From Eledone cirrhosa (lineage: Eukaryota), in assembly GCA_964016885.1 (NCBI GenBank), contig OZ024758.1, positions 9,796,001 to 9,860,000 on the forward strand: a stretch of 64,000 nt of DNA. Reading direction: 5' to 3'. This document shows, piece after piece, positions 25,201-40,438 of the stretch. The first letter of the stretch is position 1. Each line of letters opens with the position of its first letter. The notes below the pieces were generated by a model. The model was not told the DNA's origin. It was given only the letters and a program-made list of their open reading frames with translations, and did no database searches. Both the position numbers and the translations under genes were made by a program.

Positions 25201-28200
25201 GTAAAATAGATTTAGAATAAATATATTTGCTTAGCCATATAACATTTTAGGAGGTATTTCCTAACACCCAAGCCCAAGTACATTTTAATTTTCTATTATG
25301 ACAATCGTTGACAAGCTTACCAAAGGGATTGTTAACCATTCCCAAGTTGATTTCATGGTTCAGTTGTGTTTGATTCAAGGCTACTAAAAGTCATTTTGTC
25401 CGACTCAAAAGAAAAACGCCTGACCCAATATACTATACTTCCTTATTGAAATGGGGGACTGAACTAAATGCCCTCTTAACTAGGTGTAAACTTGTAGGTT
25501 TCTTAAGTTTAAGAAACCTAATAGTTTTACTTTAACTTGATTTAATGCCAATAGTGTCAGTTATTGTATACATACACCTGGCTATGCAAGGGAAGCCCTC
25601 CCAATGCCAATCCCAAATAATGCCCATAAATTAAGCTTATTTCCTTTCCCCCTAACTAAGACTAACAAAATGAAGTCATAAATATTTATAGTCACAAATG
25701 GACGAAATCCAATGAGAGAAAACTGCCCAGTTTGATCCCTATTCCAAGCTGCTGAAAGTTCTGTGATTAACACTAGGGCCTACTTTTTCAAAAAGACTAA
25801 CACGTATGGATATGACACCATTTAAATATTCATAATGTCTTGAATTTGTACAGAAGTAAATAGTTTGAGCTGTATCACATTCAAGTTAGAAAATATTAAA
25901 GATATACATAATACAACACTGATTGCAAGGCAAAGTTTTAAATGTAAGACATGAAAGGTTAGCTGATGCCAGTAGCCGATATAAAGTGATATGAATTAAA
26001 AAATATGAAATCCACACCATGAGCCTTTTTCTTTGCATTGTAAGAAATGTTAAAACGATAAAATTTCCAATGTAGGAGTCGACATTCATTGCTAAAAATG
26101 GAAATATAATTGGTTGTGAATCCCGAACCTTCACGATAGACTTAAAAACGAAGTGTGTAGGATGGAAATAAATCCATCTTTCAGTATCAATCTAAATGTG
26201 ATCGCAATTCACAAGTCCACCCTTCCCAGTAAATCCTTATTTACATAAAACTAGTTTTACCCTAACTTGTGTAAATCCTTGCTTTTCCGCCTTGTCAAGA
26301 TTAAAATGCTATGTTTTCACTATTATAGTTTGCTAAAATAAAAAGTGGATGTTTGGTTTTCCATGCTGGCTTGAGTTGATGAGATTGGCACCAAGTTACA
26401 AGACTATTGTTCAATGCAATAGGAAAAGTTACTCAAGATGCCATGTGGTACGATTCAACTCAGAACCACCCTGTTACAAGACACTTCTAAACCACATAGT
26501 CATGCCTGTGCTTATATTATTTAAGAGAAAAAGAATTCTCATAATTTAAAGGAAAGGGCTATTTCCAATAATTCATGCTAGGAGAGATTTTCACCATTAA
26601 GCAAAAATAAGTAAAATCTAAGCAAACTACAAGCATATGGATGGTACAATTAATCTGTCATGCAGTTTAACACCACCTGCCTCTTGAGTACCTTTAACAA
26701 AAATCCACTGTTGCAAACATTTGGAACAAATCTCAGTTACCCTTCAAAAGAGGTCATTGGCACCGCTTTTCTTCTGATGAAGCAAAAAAAAAAAAAATAA
26801 ATAAATAAAATAAAAAACTTTATACATTCTATTGATTATGCACTTCAAGCTGGAAGGATCATATACGTTCATGAAAACTTGTATTGTCACATGAACTGCT
26901 GTCACAATAATTTTCAGAACTTACTCTTATACTAAGGACACAACCATGCGGAAAGAATACTTATTTTCCCAGTGTAATCTCTTATAAAATGGCAACATTT
27001 TAAAGAAGATATACACCGCGCCCCCCTCACATTACAACCAATGGTCAACAACAGTATTTATGCCTGTGTTTAATTTTCTGTGAAAATGGGTCATAGTTGG
27101 AAGCATTTTTGTTTTTGGTGTGGTTTTTTTTTCCATATGACATTAATGGTTATTTACATGAACAATTGCTGTCAGTTATTTCCAATAAAGATTCAAATAT
27201 TTGACTCTTTCCTTAATTCTAAGAACGAGTCTTCATTGCATGGTTTCTCCAATAACTCCCATCATTGTAGGTAGTGGTAACTATCTTTGTACAATACTAT
27301 ACAATATCAAAATGTAACCAAAACAAATTGTCTTTCCAGCCATTAAGGAACCTATTTTATTTTATAACAAATGTATTATTTACCCTAATGAATTATTAAA
27401 AAAATTATTAATGTAATTTATCTCTCGGAGATAATATTAAAAAATATCAAAATATACATCCAGCTTCAAATAATTCACTTATTGACTGCAAAAGTTTTTA
27501 AAGGATTGAATAAAATATTGTAATAAGGGGCGTTTTGTTTTTGGCAACAATGCACTAAATGAAATCTAAATGAGAGATTCAGAGTTGTTATGTTGCTTTT
27601 ATTCCAAGAGCCACAAGTTAGCCAAATACTTACTAGACAAATGACATTTCTAATATATGCACCAATGACTACAAAGAGTATAACTTGGATGAAACACAAA
27701 ACAAGGAGGAAATGAATGAGTAGAAGGATGAGAAAAAAGATATCTTAAAATTTGAAAATGATTCTACTGCAAAACCATTTAAAGTTGTTTGATAAGAATA
27801 AAGCATTCTTTTCTTGTTATATCAAATTGGATGCTGATAATGTCAGGTCTAGGCCAATCTATTATTGAGAGTACTGAATAACAAATTTGGCAGATTATAT
27901 ATATTATAGTGTATGTAAAACATCTAAATAACAGTTACATCTACAGTATTAAGCGTCATTAATGTAAAGTATAGTAATAATATGAAATTACCAGACCTAC
28001 AAAATACCATACCATTTTCTTTGTAATTGTTTTATACTGTATAAAAGGTCAGTTATAATGTAATTTTCCAACAAACGTTGGCCAGCTTCATCTATATTTA
28101 CTGCACTCGCATCACATTTGTTTTTCTTCTTTGCCATTTTACTTAGAAGAGAAAGCTGCCTACAGACTTTAGTGGAATTTATATACTTCCAAAATCAACC

Positions 28201-28676
28201 TCAAGTCCAGCAACAAATCTTAAGATTAGAATGTCACTGAAACATTGCAATATTTATAAGGGCAACAGTTGAAATTTATAACAGTTGAAATTTATAAGGG
28301 CAAAAGGAAAACAATATTTAGAAAACAATTTAGAAAATGCAGACTAGATGTAAATATGAAAAATAGAATTAATATTTAGCTTCAACATAACTACACATAT
28401 GTACGAGAATTTTTTATAACTAAAGATATGGTATGTTTAATAAATAAACATTTCGAAAGCCCAGCTATGAATATTGAAAGGATGACAGCCAGTGCCATGT
28501 AGTGGATTTCAGCAAAAAGCGACAACTGTCTATGCATTTCAAGCCAATGGCGCTCATCAGGACAGTTCTTCCCTGCTGCAACTTAAAAATGAGTGAGAAT
28601 GTATAGTATTTTCAACAGTGTAGATGGGTTGATTAACCTCATATGATTACATATACATACATACTTTCTAAATATA

Positions 28677-28964
28677 TAGAGGAACCTCGGTTCCCGAACT
28701 TAATTCATTCCTGAAGGCCATTTATCACCAGAAAAAGCTTGTAAAACTTTCCCATATGAACTATTGAGAGAAACAAAGTGAGAGATTGGTGATATATATA
28801 TATATATATCACCAATTTCACATACACAGCAAGTGATGCTTTCCTGCCAACCAATATTATCGGCTTGTGTGTTCATTACGCAAGACTTTTTTTTTTTTTT
28901 TCTTTTTTTTACATTCAGAAAAATTGTTCAAAAACCGATTTATTCATGAACCAAAGTTCCACTG
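28677..28964. mobile_element. pogo/Tigger-like MITE (Tc1-mariner superfamily)
   Basis: Imperfect TIRs ggaacctcggttc...gaaccaaagttccactg followed by TA. Confidence 0.65.
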
Positions 28965-29714
28965 TATAAATATTTTGAAATAAACAGTTTTGTATCATAG
29001 AACCAGGGGTGGTTTCAGGTGCTTTGGTATAAAAAGTGTTAAGAAAATCTTAACAGAGCAAATCTAACTCAATTTATCCAATACCAAGTTTCCTAAGTAT
29101 GGATTGTCTTAGACTAATACCAGCAAAGGTCATAGTTGAGAAGGGATCAATTAAACAATTTTATTCTAAATACTTTGCTGAAGAAGAATTTCCACTACAG
29201 GGGCATCAAATCAAACAAACCTATTTTAAGTGTCAGTGTTAGAAATGTCATGCTTAAAGAGATTAACATCACTCTTTCCATTTAAGGTTGTTTTTTGTGT
29301 GCATGTATGTGTGTGTATGTAATGTGTAGGGCGTGCGTGCGATGTAATTTTCAGTAAACACTCAAGTCAAATGGCATTCTCCAGCTGTCCTTTAGGAGTG
29401 ACAAATTTTAAAGAAAACGTAATACAACAGAAATTGACAGAACTGAATTACTTATTCAGTATTAAACTGAAAATAATATTTCAAAGAACAAAAATTGATT
29501 TCTTATATTAGCATGATTACAGTTTTATAGGTAAGGGCCAGTCAAATGTATCAACCACCCCCGGTGGAAGCAGTGGTATCATGAGGAAATGAACCTGGCA
29601 TACATTATGAAGCAGATGGTATTAAGAGGGACACCCAGCCAAAATGTAATGTGTCCAAGAGTCATCTGAAGAGCTCAGAATGTGACAACCCATTTAATCC
29701 ATGAAAGTAAGGGG

Positions 29715-29752
<38 letters not shown>

Positions 29753-32497
29753 CTGCAAATCCAGGATCCATTTCACAAAGATCCCAACTATGTGCTGCTA
29801 CTACTGCTACACAGCAGTAGTATTCCACCTATCATATTCTTGAACAAGTTTCTGACATTGTCAAAATATAGAAAAAGAAAGAAGCATTGCAAAAGTACAA
29901 ACGTGAGAAAGGAAAAGTGAAGGATTATTAAGGAACGAAAGTGGGAAGAGAGAGGGTGACACTACACCTATGTCAGAGCAGTGTTTTGGCTGCACCTAGT
30001 GTATTTCTAAAACATTGAAATATTTACTTGATTTAAGAATGTATATTAGCAAGTGACTTTTTCTTGCAGCTCCAGTCTTTTTTGCAGTTAATTACTAACT
30101 TTACAATAGTCTAAGAGAAAATGTGATAATTCAATAAACTAGAAACTTTATTTTCAGCAACTGAATTAAAATACAAAAGTTTGAAAAGAAAGTAATATTT
30201 AGTGTTTATAGCTGCAATCAATGAAAAATCTGTTTTTAAGTAAAATGACATTCTTTAGAATAAATTAAATAACTTTGAATTAACTTTGTAACAAATTATT
30301 TGATAGAAAAATGCAATAGAGAATCTTCCCATTTAACAGAATTTCATATTTTCAACCAAATCACTTAAAAAAATTTCTCCTTTTCACAAATTTCTGTATT
30401 CCAAGTCACGTCAAAAAGCATTTTAATGGAATCAAAGTATATTGTATTCATTTGCTTAATTAAAAGCAAAATATTTTCAGAATATAATTTGGAGTAGACT
30501 TTAATATTTTAAAATGTCAAATGAACAATTGTAATAGGTTTCTCTTTCAGAAATATTCTTACAGTTGAATGATCTTCCTTCTGGTTATCAATTCTGGGAA
30601 ATTAGTACACGGCAGTGTGATAAACTGATAGCTTATACTTCACTTCAGATTGTAATAGGATGGAGAAAAGCTAGGAGAGAACTTGGTCAGCTGACCCACA
30701 ACTTAACCCTTCTAATACCAACCTGCCACTGGGCCTCAAAACATTAAATTATCACATTTAAAGCTTGGTGAAGTCTTCTGTATGAGGAACATTTTCAACA
30801 AGAAAAAGGAAAATCAATCAGACATGGGGGTAGGGTGGAGAGAGTTAACTGACTGAAGTTCAAAACATTCTGTAATGTAGTTGGTGATAGAGAGGGTATC
30901 CAACCATACAAAACTTGTTAAACAAAAGATCAAGGAGACTCTTCAGTCATGTCAAAGATGTGACAACTTCACTAATGCTGGTACCATGACAAAATGCACC
31001 CAGTACACTAGAATGCAGGAACGTATGCAATGTGTGATTACAGAAGATTTGGCTATTTTCTATATCTTGGTCAAAATAGAAAGAGCATCTGTAGTGTTTA
31101 AAAATTCTATAAAAGCAACGAGTTATGTCAATATTTGTAAGGCTGCCTGCTGTTATAGTAACATCTGATTTTGTATAATTACCAGCTTAGCTATTCATGT
31201 TAATTAGTTTTATTTATGTGGTTTAACAATATAGGATAAATGAGGGATTTCTAAATCCAGTTTCCTTTCATTACACAGGTTATCAGTGGCTCTGCAAATC
31301 TATTAACTCAATAATGGTTTGGCACAACTGCTCCAGTTAACAAATCTACGAGTATGCTGGTCTGGTGAGCCGCATATATTCAGCCATTAGAAAAAGCAAA
31401 ATGAATGCTTCACCTTCAATGGAGATCCTTGTTTACTTTCAGGTTCATTGTGTTTTGCTTTTAGCACTCCCATGTCAAATGTTGATTAGTTTAAAACTAA
31501 AGTTTCTTGGATCTAACTGAAAATATAATATGATGTTTCATCTAATAAGTGGTTTCACTCTTTGAAAATAAACCACTTTAAAAAATATTTTTTTTTTTAT
31601 AGGGAATTTTATATAAATGTATTGAAATAAGAAATACCTAACCCACACTCAAGGAAATTGGATATTTTTAGGCTGATGGTCAGAGATCAAAAGCTGATAT
31701 TAGAAAAGGGGTTACAATTTAGTGAATTTTGTTTTGATAAGTTTTGTTTTGTATTTATATACAGTATTTAGATAAGCTATGTGGAGAGCTTTTCCCCAAA
31801 AATTCCTCCAGTACATTCCTCTGATTGGCTGAAAATAAGTGGAACTTCCAGTTTACAATTGCATGGTTAACAATGGAAAACTATCCAGCTATAAAACACT
31901 TGTACTTTATAGGAAAACAAAAACCTAGCAAGGGAAACAGGATATTTAAAGTGAGTATTAAAAAATAAATATATAAAAAGTGGGTTAAGCAAAACTATGG
32001 CAGCAACCATCTTTTCTTATATAAGAATTACTAAAAGATAAGTATAGAAATTGTCTTATTTCAAAACTCAGGAATAAGGAGCTATATATTGATCAAATAA
32101 AGTAAAAACTTTTTAAGGAAGGAAAAAAAAAAGAATATTGATTTTAAAGATATAATTGTAAGAACTAGTACACGAGCTCTATATATTTTATCTACCCTAA
32201 TAGTATCTTACTTTGTTTTTATTTAAAATACTTCAAGGCCTTTAGTCCTGCACTCAACTAACCAAAGTAAATGTTTTAGATAAAACCAATATTTCTTTTA
32301 AAGGTCTACAGACACACAATTCCACCAAACAATCTTTTACCATAATGAGATTTGAACTATTATAACAAGCAGCAAATTAAATTTTGAATGACACCTCTAT
32401 CCCCAAGCCTATCTATCGTTGTAAAGCTTCTTTAAATACAAACAGACTGCTATTTCAATTTTCATCTCAAGAGAAATAGCAAACAGCCATGCTCCAT

Positions 32498-32705
32498 TGG
32501 ATGTGCAATGTGAGAGAGAGGTAGAGCTGGGATGAGTTGAAGGAGAAGCTGGAGGTGATGCGCAGGAGAGATGACTACATTGGTTTGGACATATGATGCA
32601 CATGGACAATGATCGTTGGGTGAAATACCAGTGGAAGGAAGTCACAGTAGACAAAGAAGGACCTAAATTCACAGAGATGATGACAAAGGATCTCGACTTG
32701 AGCAA
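32498..32705 (+). mobile_element. Old RTE-like LINE fragment
   Basis: Frame reads ...QER*LHWFGHMMHMDNDRWVK..., the RTE C-terminal RRLRWFGHV.R motif. Confidence 0.7.
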
Positions 32706-33910
32706 GACCCTATTTCATGTTCCTTCTGCCATGATTTGTAATCAGTAGATAGTACCAACACTGGAAACACCAACGTAAAGATTATTTCCTTTGTCTAATT
32801 TGATGAGTTCCACCCCACTCCACTCGATAAGCAAATGAGGTCTGGAATCTGGATCTATTTCTTACTTTACTGTATTACATCACAACATTAAAGTTATTTC
32901 ATTGCTTCAAACAAAATACATTATACAGTTATTTATAAGAAAGGATGGTTATTGAGCAGACATACAATTAAAGGCATTCCATCTATTAGAGTTGACCAAG
33001 GGCTAAAGTTTCTTTTACTGTATTACATCTAAACATAGAAATAAAGTTATTTCATTGCTTCAAATAAAATAGATTATCAAGATTAGTATCGTACATAAAC
33101 TAAGACTGGTGAGGCTTAGAAGTAAATCAAATTTTCAGACAATCATAAAATTTTAAATAAATTTATTGGTTGATCAGTGACTATTCTCAAATATGTAATA
33201 CTGTATCTTACATGGCATAAGTAAAGCCCATAAAAACAATTCAATAAAACGTCACAGTAGTAATAATTTAATACTACTTTGATAGTATCTTTCTAAGTAG
33301 TGTGTTATCAAGCGATTCAACAAAGACTGTGTGCATGTGCGTTTTAGATATCCATTTCTGGTGTCCATTAAATGGTTTTGAAAGGAAATTATCATGCCAA
33401 TAATTTGGAGTAGTTGTAGGGAAAAGTTATGAGAAAACGGATTAAGTGACATTAAGCAAAAGAAAGCAAATAAAATTAATATCAAGCATTATGCTGCAGT
33501 AAGCTTAGCTCAGCAAACTGAATGCAAAATCATTTAGCAATATATTTCCTTTCAAGCCATTAAGAATACTTTTATTATTTACAAAATTGGATTACAAATC
33601 ATCAACTGGAAATTAAACAGGAAAGAACTAATTTATACAGTTTGCTTTGTTGAATCTTTATGTAAAGTTCAAACTGACAAGTGTCAACAAAGACAGCTAA
33701 CAAAGAGTTTAGTTAGCAAAGCTCAAACAATCTATGAGTAAATGCTAAGATTATTAGCTGTGAAATATATATCAACTTGATAGGCAGCAACATAATCATC
33801 TAGCCTAATACTTCGGATATATAGAAGGCTGCAAATTTACAAGTTTATGACATTTTTTCAATATAAAAAGTGAGAAAACAAGAATACATATTAAAACAAC
33901 TTGAAAAACT

Positions 33911-34125
33911 GTTTCTTCGTCCACTTATTCCTGAGAGGGCCATGGGGGCAGAGTCCTCAAACACTCCTTCCAGCAGGTCCTGTCAGAAGCAACCATCTCC
34001 AACTGATCTGGTTGGATCCCCAAGTGGGACCAACCAAGCTCATGGATGTTATCCAATCATCTTGCTCGTGGTCTACCCTTGGGCCTCCTGCCAGTTGGTT
34101 TTGCCTGTAAAATCTGTCCAGCACA
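33911..34125 (-). mobile_element. RTE-clade LINE 3' end, 5'-truncated
   Basis: Reverse complement closely matches 41410-41620. Confidence 0.85.
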
Positions 34126-34511
34126 CACACACTTGAGACTGGTCACATGTGACATTACAAGCATTTAAAATCACACCAGTATTAAGAGTTGCATAGTGAA
34201 ACTATCGATTCATCAAAAGTTACAAGTATTTCATTTTAACTTATATTCTTCCACCTTTTATTCCATTACAAACAAGCACACACACAACTTCAATTACACG
34301 CAAGCTAACTCAACATATTTCCATCATAAAATCCATGTAAAGCATGTCCTATTTTAAGTATAGTTATAGATTCTTGAATATATTTTTTTTTCAGCATTCC
34401 CAAACACTAGCCCGTTACATATTTCAAAATATGCAGAAACAAGTGGAGAGATGCTGTGCTGAATAGGACCTGTCCCACCCTTGCAAACAGGGAAAAGCGA
34501 ATGTAAAATGA

Positions 34512-34557
<46 letters not shown>

Positions 34558-34709
34558 AGCTATTTTATCTTACTTTACACTAATATAATCCTAAAACAAA
34601 TATTATTGAATTAAATTTTGCCATAACTGACTAAATAAAACTAATACGGCATATAAACCCACTCAACAGAAAAAAAAAGATATATTTTCCCATCATATTA
34701 CAAAGTGTC

Positions 34710-34942
34710 TCGAGCCTGCAGTTTCCATGACATTAAGCAACCGTGCAAGACCATCCCTTGGACAGGATGCCAATCTGTTGCAGGGTTAAACACCCAACCA
34801 TTGCTGGTACTCATTTTAAGCCGAGTATACTGGAGCAACAGGAAATGAAGTGTTTTGCTCAAGAACAGCACACAACCCAGTCCAGGAATTGAATCCACAT
34901 TATGATTGCAAGTCCAACACCCTTACCACTAGGCCACGTGCC
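34710..34942 (-). mobile_element. SINE (S3), near full length
   Basis: Reverse complement: ggcacgtggcctagtggtaagggtgttggact...ttcaattcctggactggg...ttgagcaaaacacttcatttcctgttgctccag (A/B boxes). Confidence 0.8.
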
Positions 34943-34961
34943 TCCAATACATGTAACACGC

Positions 34962-34993
<32 letters not shown>

Positions 34994-35982
34994 TATTTTT
35001 TTACATTCAGTCCTACAATATTATAAAAACATATACATCTTTACTTTTCCGCATTTCTTCTTCCACACAACTTTTGGGATATACCGTTTTTCTTTTGTTC
35101 ATTTGTTTGTTACATTTTCTTGACAGCAATTCAATATTATTCAGCCATTCAATTATCTTTCCTCACATTGCACTTTATAGTCAGGACTGTTAGTTTACTT
35201 CACTCGTCAAACATAGAATGTCTAAACTGAAGAGAAGGAGAAGCAACACTCTAAAGTGAAATACTGCCAGAAGGAAATCTGCAATGTCAGTGAAACGTGA
35301 ACAAGAAAGAGATCTAGTTTATGATTCTTCAGTTTTGACAGTCTAAAGAAATAAGTGAAGGACGAAGGAGATCACTTGATAAAGAGAACAAAGACTAAAC
35401 CTTATCCCAACAGCAAATGTAAGGACCTAGGAAACGATGAGTGAGCAGGCCACTGGAATAGAAATCTTACAAATACAACAATAACAAATGAAAAAGAAAA
35501 ATGCCATACTGAAAGATTCCAGATGATAAACAGTATACCGTTTGAACGAAAAACGTCCACAGCACAAAAGTTAACTGGAAGGAAGCTGCTTCCTAATATC
35601 ATTATTCTTTAATGTTCATTTGATATTTCTATCGTTTGTGAAAAGAAGCTGTGATAGACACTTTTTTTAAAAATATGAATACATAATACAAAGTAACCTT
35701 TTAAAAGGCAAGCTTGATTTGAGTGAAATTTAGCTACTATTTCTAACAAGTTGACCGACTTCATTGGTCCACTGAGATATGTGGATTCAAAAATTGAAAC
35801 TCCTGATACTTTCTATTCTTTGAGAGCCAATACAATACTTCTTCCACCCAAATGAAATACATTGATACAACTAGCAGTACTGTAAAATGTAGACCTAGAT
35901 AGATTCTCTGAAAGAAAGCTGGCACAGTCATGTTTGGAATACCTATAATTATAATATTTGCTTAATCAGGGCTAACCTGAGT

Positions 35983-36192
35983 TTACCCCTTTAGCATTTA
36001 CATTATATTTACTCTTGTATTTTCATGGTAAAAGCTTTACACCTCAATTATCTCAATATCAAATCTACAAGATTTTGGTATTTATTTTGAGAACAATACC
36101 TTAAAGTCAGTATGAGGAGCCAGTCATGACTGGTTTGAACAGAAAGAACTGGGAGAATTCTGACTGAATATGGCCAGTTTAAATGCAAAAGG
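35983..36192 (-). mobile_element. piggyBac-like MITE family A (degraded ends)
   Basis: ccctttagcattta...ggccagtttaaatgcaaaagg; body matches 20868. Confidence 0.75.
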
Positions 36193-36487
36193 AAAAAAAG
36201 CTTTAATAATACTGCTACCGAAATCCATCTTTACAAGACTACGTAAAGGAATAAGAATAGTTATGATGACAATTATATGTGATACCAATAATTTCAATAG
36301 TTCCAGAATAGATAACCCTTTCATTTGTAGCAATTATTCTTTTTTCATTATTTTTCTACCAGGCTGTATTTTGCAATACAATTTCTTTGTGGTCAACATT
36401 ATGTGAAGAATTCCAGAGATGGCAGTGTAAGTAGTTAACATACCATCACTAACAGTATTGACTGAAAATATAGTATATAGATAACGG

Positions 36488-36672
36488 TTTCTGATTTAGA
36501 CACGAGGCCAACAATTTAAAATCAACCCCAATGTGTTACTGGTACTTTATTTTATCAAGCTCAGTAAGGATGAAAGGCAAAACCGACCTCGGTGGAATCA
36601 GAATATAAAGAGCCATAACTATGCTGCAAAGCATGTCCGATACTCTACCAATTACTACCAACTGACTGCCTT
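36488..36672 (-). mobile_element. SINE S1
   Basis: ctggtactttattttatc...ggatgaaaggcaaaaccgacctcggtggaat. Confidence 0.75.
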
Positions 36673-37589
36673 TATATACTGTGTATAGATAATATAAAAT
36701 ATTTACCGTTTCAAAAATGTGTTACAGATCTTTCTACATTGACAAACAGCAAATCTAGTAATTAAAGAGGCCTCGTTTCTGAATGATGATATTTACTGCA
36801 GTAAAATCATACTAGCACAAAATAGAACAAATTTTCCTGTGCCTTTAAGCAATTGCATGTTAATGACATAAAATGGAACATTGTATAAAATAGGAGCAAC
36901 AGTAGAAGGGTTTAGGTAATTATATATTCCCTATATAAAGCCAATCATGAACAAAGAAAAGCCATTTTGAATCATCTAAATTGCCAGATTTACCTTCTAG
37001 TAATTGAAGACTGGGTTTAAAGTGTTAAGTTTCTCAGTAAATCCTATTTTAAACTCATTTTACTTATTTAAAAAAAGTGATAAACAGAAAAAGAAAAATG
37101 TTAAAATTATATTACTTGAAATGTAATAACCACATGTTAATATATTGAAATGCTTAACATATCCAGCTTGTTGATAAAAGCAATTTGAAGAAATTTTAAT
37201 TAAGCCATACAAATTCTTATTGCAAAAGGAATTGTCTTAAGGTGTTTATGTTCAAAGGTTCCCCCAGGTTCCTTATAATTGATGAAGTTAAATTGAAAGG
37301 ATATCTAACAACTTTACACAAGAAAGCAACCTTGCATATGATCTGATACATTATGCCTTAATGTTCTAATACACTGGGGAACGAAATCAAATATGCATCC
37401 ATTTCTCCATTTAATCTGCTTATGTAATGCCGACAACCAACCTTTCAACTTCTAAGTAAAACAGAGTAGTTAGCAAAATCTTCAGCTTTATAAAATGATA
37501 GGAGTGTGTGTGCGCGCGTGCGTACATTCACAAATTAATGTTCAATCTATCAATTCTATTAAAGAGGCCTTATGACACCCGAATAACAA

Positions 37590-37625
<36 letters not shown>

Positions 37626-39448
37626 TAAAAATATTCTATATCTATAATATATTGGAGCAAAGTCAAAGAGTTATGAAGTTAGAACTTGTCATCAGATCAT
37701 TGGAATTTGCAGAGTTTGTTCCATATCTTTTCATTCAGTTCAAATCTCACTGAAGTCAACTTTGATACTCTATTTTAAACAACCCCAGAAGGATGAAATA
37801 AATACTGGAGGGCAATATAATAAACCTCACCCTCCCAACAAATTGCAGACCTTGTGCTTAGATTAGAGATCATAAACTGACCAGTGTCATCTTAAACAAG
37901 ATGAGAATACTAGTTCAAATAAATTACATATAAGTATTTTGTATTGCCTTCAAAATTCTAATGACGACATCTTAAGATTACAATTTGTTTATAGTCTGAT
38001 GTGACTATAAAAATGGTAGTTAAAATTATGAAAAGAAATAGCAAGAATACAATGTTGTGACTGTACCAGTATCAGGCAAAACATTAGTATAGTACTTCAC
38101 TCACCCCCACTTACCCAACAGCAGAGAAAACAAGAACAGTAGGGGAAAAAAAATGGCAACTGCAACAAAAAGTGCCAAATTAGCTTGAGTGGGTATTTTG
38201 GGAATTTATTGTGAAGATCTCACAAGAATAGCTTTAGTAATAATTCCAAGTAGAAAAGATCTTGTAAATGAAAAGCGTATACCGAAAATAGCTACATGAT
38301 ACAACAATAACCTTCAAAAGCAGACAAGAAATGTGAATATATCAGAAATCCAGTAAGTTTTAGCAGCCTTACTCCACCAAAGACTATGGAATAGGCTGGA
38401 GGAAAAAATTAGGTTACCTCCTGATGAGAAGATAAATCAATTAGGGTAGAGTACATAAAAATATAAGGAATTATAGAGAATATACTAGTTATAGTGATAA
38501 AATAAATTTCAAAAAAAAAATCTCAAGAATCAAATTCAGGAAAGCAGCCAACTATCTGATCATTAGTAAGAAGTCAGAGACTTCTTACCAAGAAATGGGA
38601 TAGACAGATACTTTTAAATACTAAATCTTTCTCAACATACTAGTTATTAGTGAAATCAGAATAAGGTAGTCAAACCCAGAAACAATGTGGAGAACATGAA
38701 AACTGAAAGGTCCTTTAATCAGGTATGTGTTTAAAGTAGTACTGTGTGATGCATATGTTGAGAAGGAGGAGGAGGAAAACTTATAACGGATGATAGTTAA
38801 TTTAGGAGGTTTTCCTTGAGGTATCTACAGGTCAAACAGCTAGATTAAAATATTTCATGCATTTGCTCCAAAACTACAAGGGGAGGTTATCAGTGTCATC
38901 AGTGGCTAGAGTTTTAGTGAAAAGGGAGAGGATTCAATTGTGTGTCTGAACAAGGGGAATGGTTTCACTTGGCATGATGCCAAATGTAATCTTGATCTAC
39001 AAACAAAATAGAAATATGACTAATTTCCAGTCAGCTGAGAGCAATACTACACTTCATATTTCCATGTTTGAATGAGACAAAAGCCGGAGATGTTAATATT
39101 TTGGTTATCATCATGGATGTCCACAATGATTTCTATCAGTTTGCATGAAGATTGCATCTAAGTAGCTATGCAACACCTTAGCTTCCTACAAAGCCTGTAA
39201 CATCAGACTCAATTCTACTTGAATGAAAGTACTTATCAGAAAGCTATTGAAGATTATGGGCCAAAAGAATTTGGTTCTGGAATTTGAATTTCATATTGAA
39301 ATTGGCAGATAGCAATCAATTAGGAGGATTGAAATAAATAAATGCCTAGTTACATTTACTATTGAATAATGGTTCCCTGTTGTAAGAATGTTGCCTTTGG
39401 AATATATGCATCCAACTCTACCATTGTATTTTCATTTTTCTAAAGTTA

Positions 39449-39745
39449 CAGTGGTTCCAACCTTTTGTACACCATGCCCCACCTCAACACCTCATTGTTA
39501 TGCCCACCTTTCATATGAAAACAGCAATGATCAACTGCAAATTGTAAACAAATTGCACATAGGGGGAGCCAGATGCACAATAAAGTTGGAGGTGAAACAG
39601 GTGTTTCCGACTAATGAATACCAAAATTGCCTTGGGGTAAGAGTAATAAGGTAAAACTTGAAGTTTCTTTTTATTATTTTCAAATTGCCCCGCTTAAATA
39701 TTGAAATTCTTCCTCTGTGGTGTATGCACCCCATCATTGAGATAC
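39449..39745. mobile_element. Possible hAT (Charlie-like) non-autonomous element
   Basis: Starts cagtggttccaaccttt; right end poorly preserved; no clear TSD. Confidence 0.35.
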
Positions 39746-40344
39746 ATCAATATCATAAACATGAAATGACAATTCAAAACAATGATAAATAAAGCAAACA
39801 AATGGCAAAATATGTTCCTAGCAGTTTATATACATTAAAGACAAATACAATCCAAGATAAGAAATGAATAGTTTATCACAAAGGCCAGAAAACCAAAGCA
39901 AATTTCATCAAAATATAAACTGGAATGGAAAGTTTTAATGAATTCTTATCTAAATAAATCACAATTAAGAATAAAACAAAATTAAACAAATTAAACAAAT
40001 TAGTCAAAAAAAAATAAATAAATAAATAAATAAAAATCAGATTTTATAAAGTTAATTTTCTAAAATTAATCCAACCTTGATATAATTGTAACAAGATTGA
40101 TGACACATTTGCAAACATCAATTATTGTTAGATATTTGTCATCTATTTTCTCTTCTAAAGCGCTAAATAATACCAAACAGTATTAATATTTATGTATTTA
40201 TTGGTGTATTTTCTATTTTTAAGTTCAATATTTAATATTAATGAAAGAGCAGCAATACAAAACATCCAATAGTTGCCCCTTTGGTACCCACTTCCCTGGT
40301 TTAATAGCCAGAGCTCCTCACATTATCAACAACTCTACATAATT

Positions 40345-40438
40345 GTTTCTACTTTAGGCACAAGGCCAGCAATTACCCAGTTCATTACTGGTACTTTATT
40401 TTAGTAAGGATGAAAGGCAAAGTCAACCTCGGCGGGAT
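40345..40438 (-). mobile_element. SINE S1 3' part
   Basis: ggcacaaggccagcaatt...ggatgaaaggcaaagtcaacctcggcggga. Confidence 0.75.

Noticed and set aside
38405-38440. 3-nt microexon cag|GAG|gtaacc on minus
   Set aside because: Weak donor and short pyrimidine tract; not distinguishable from chance
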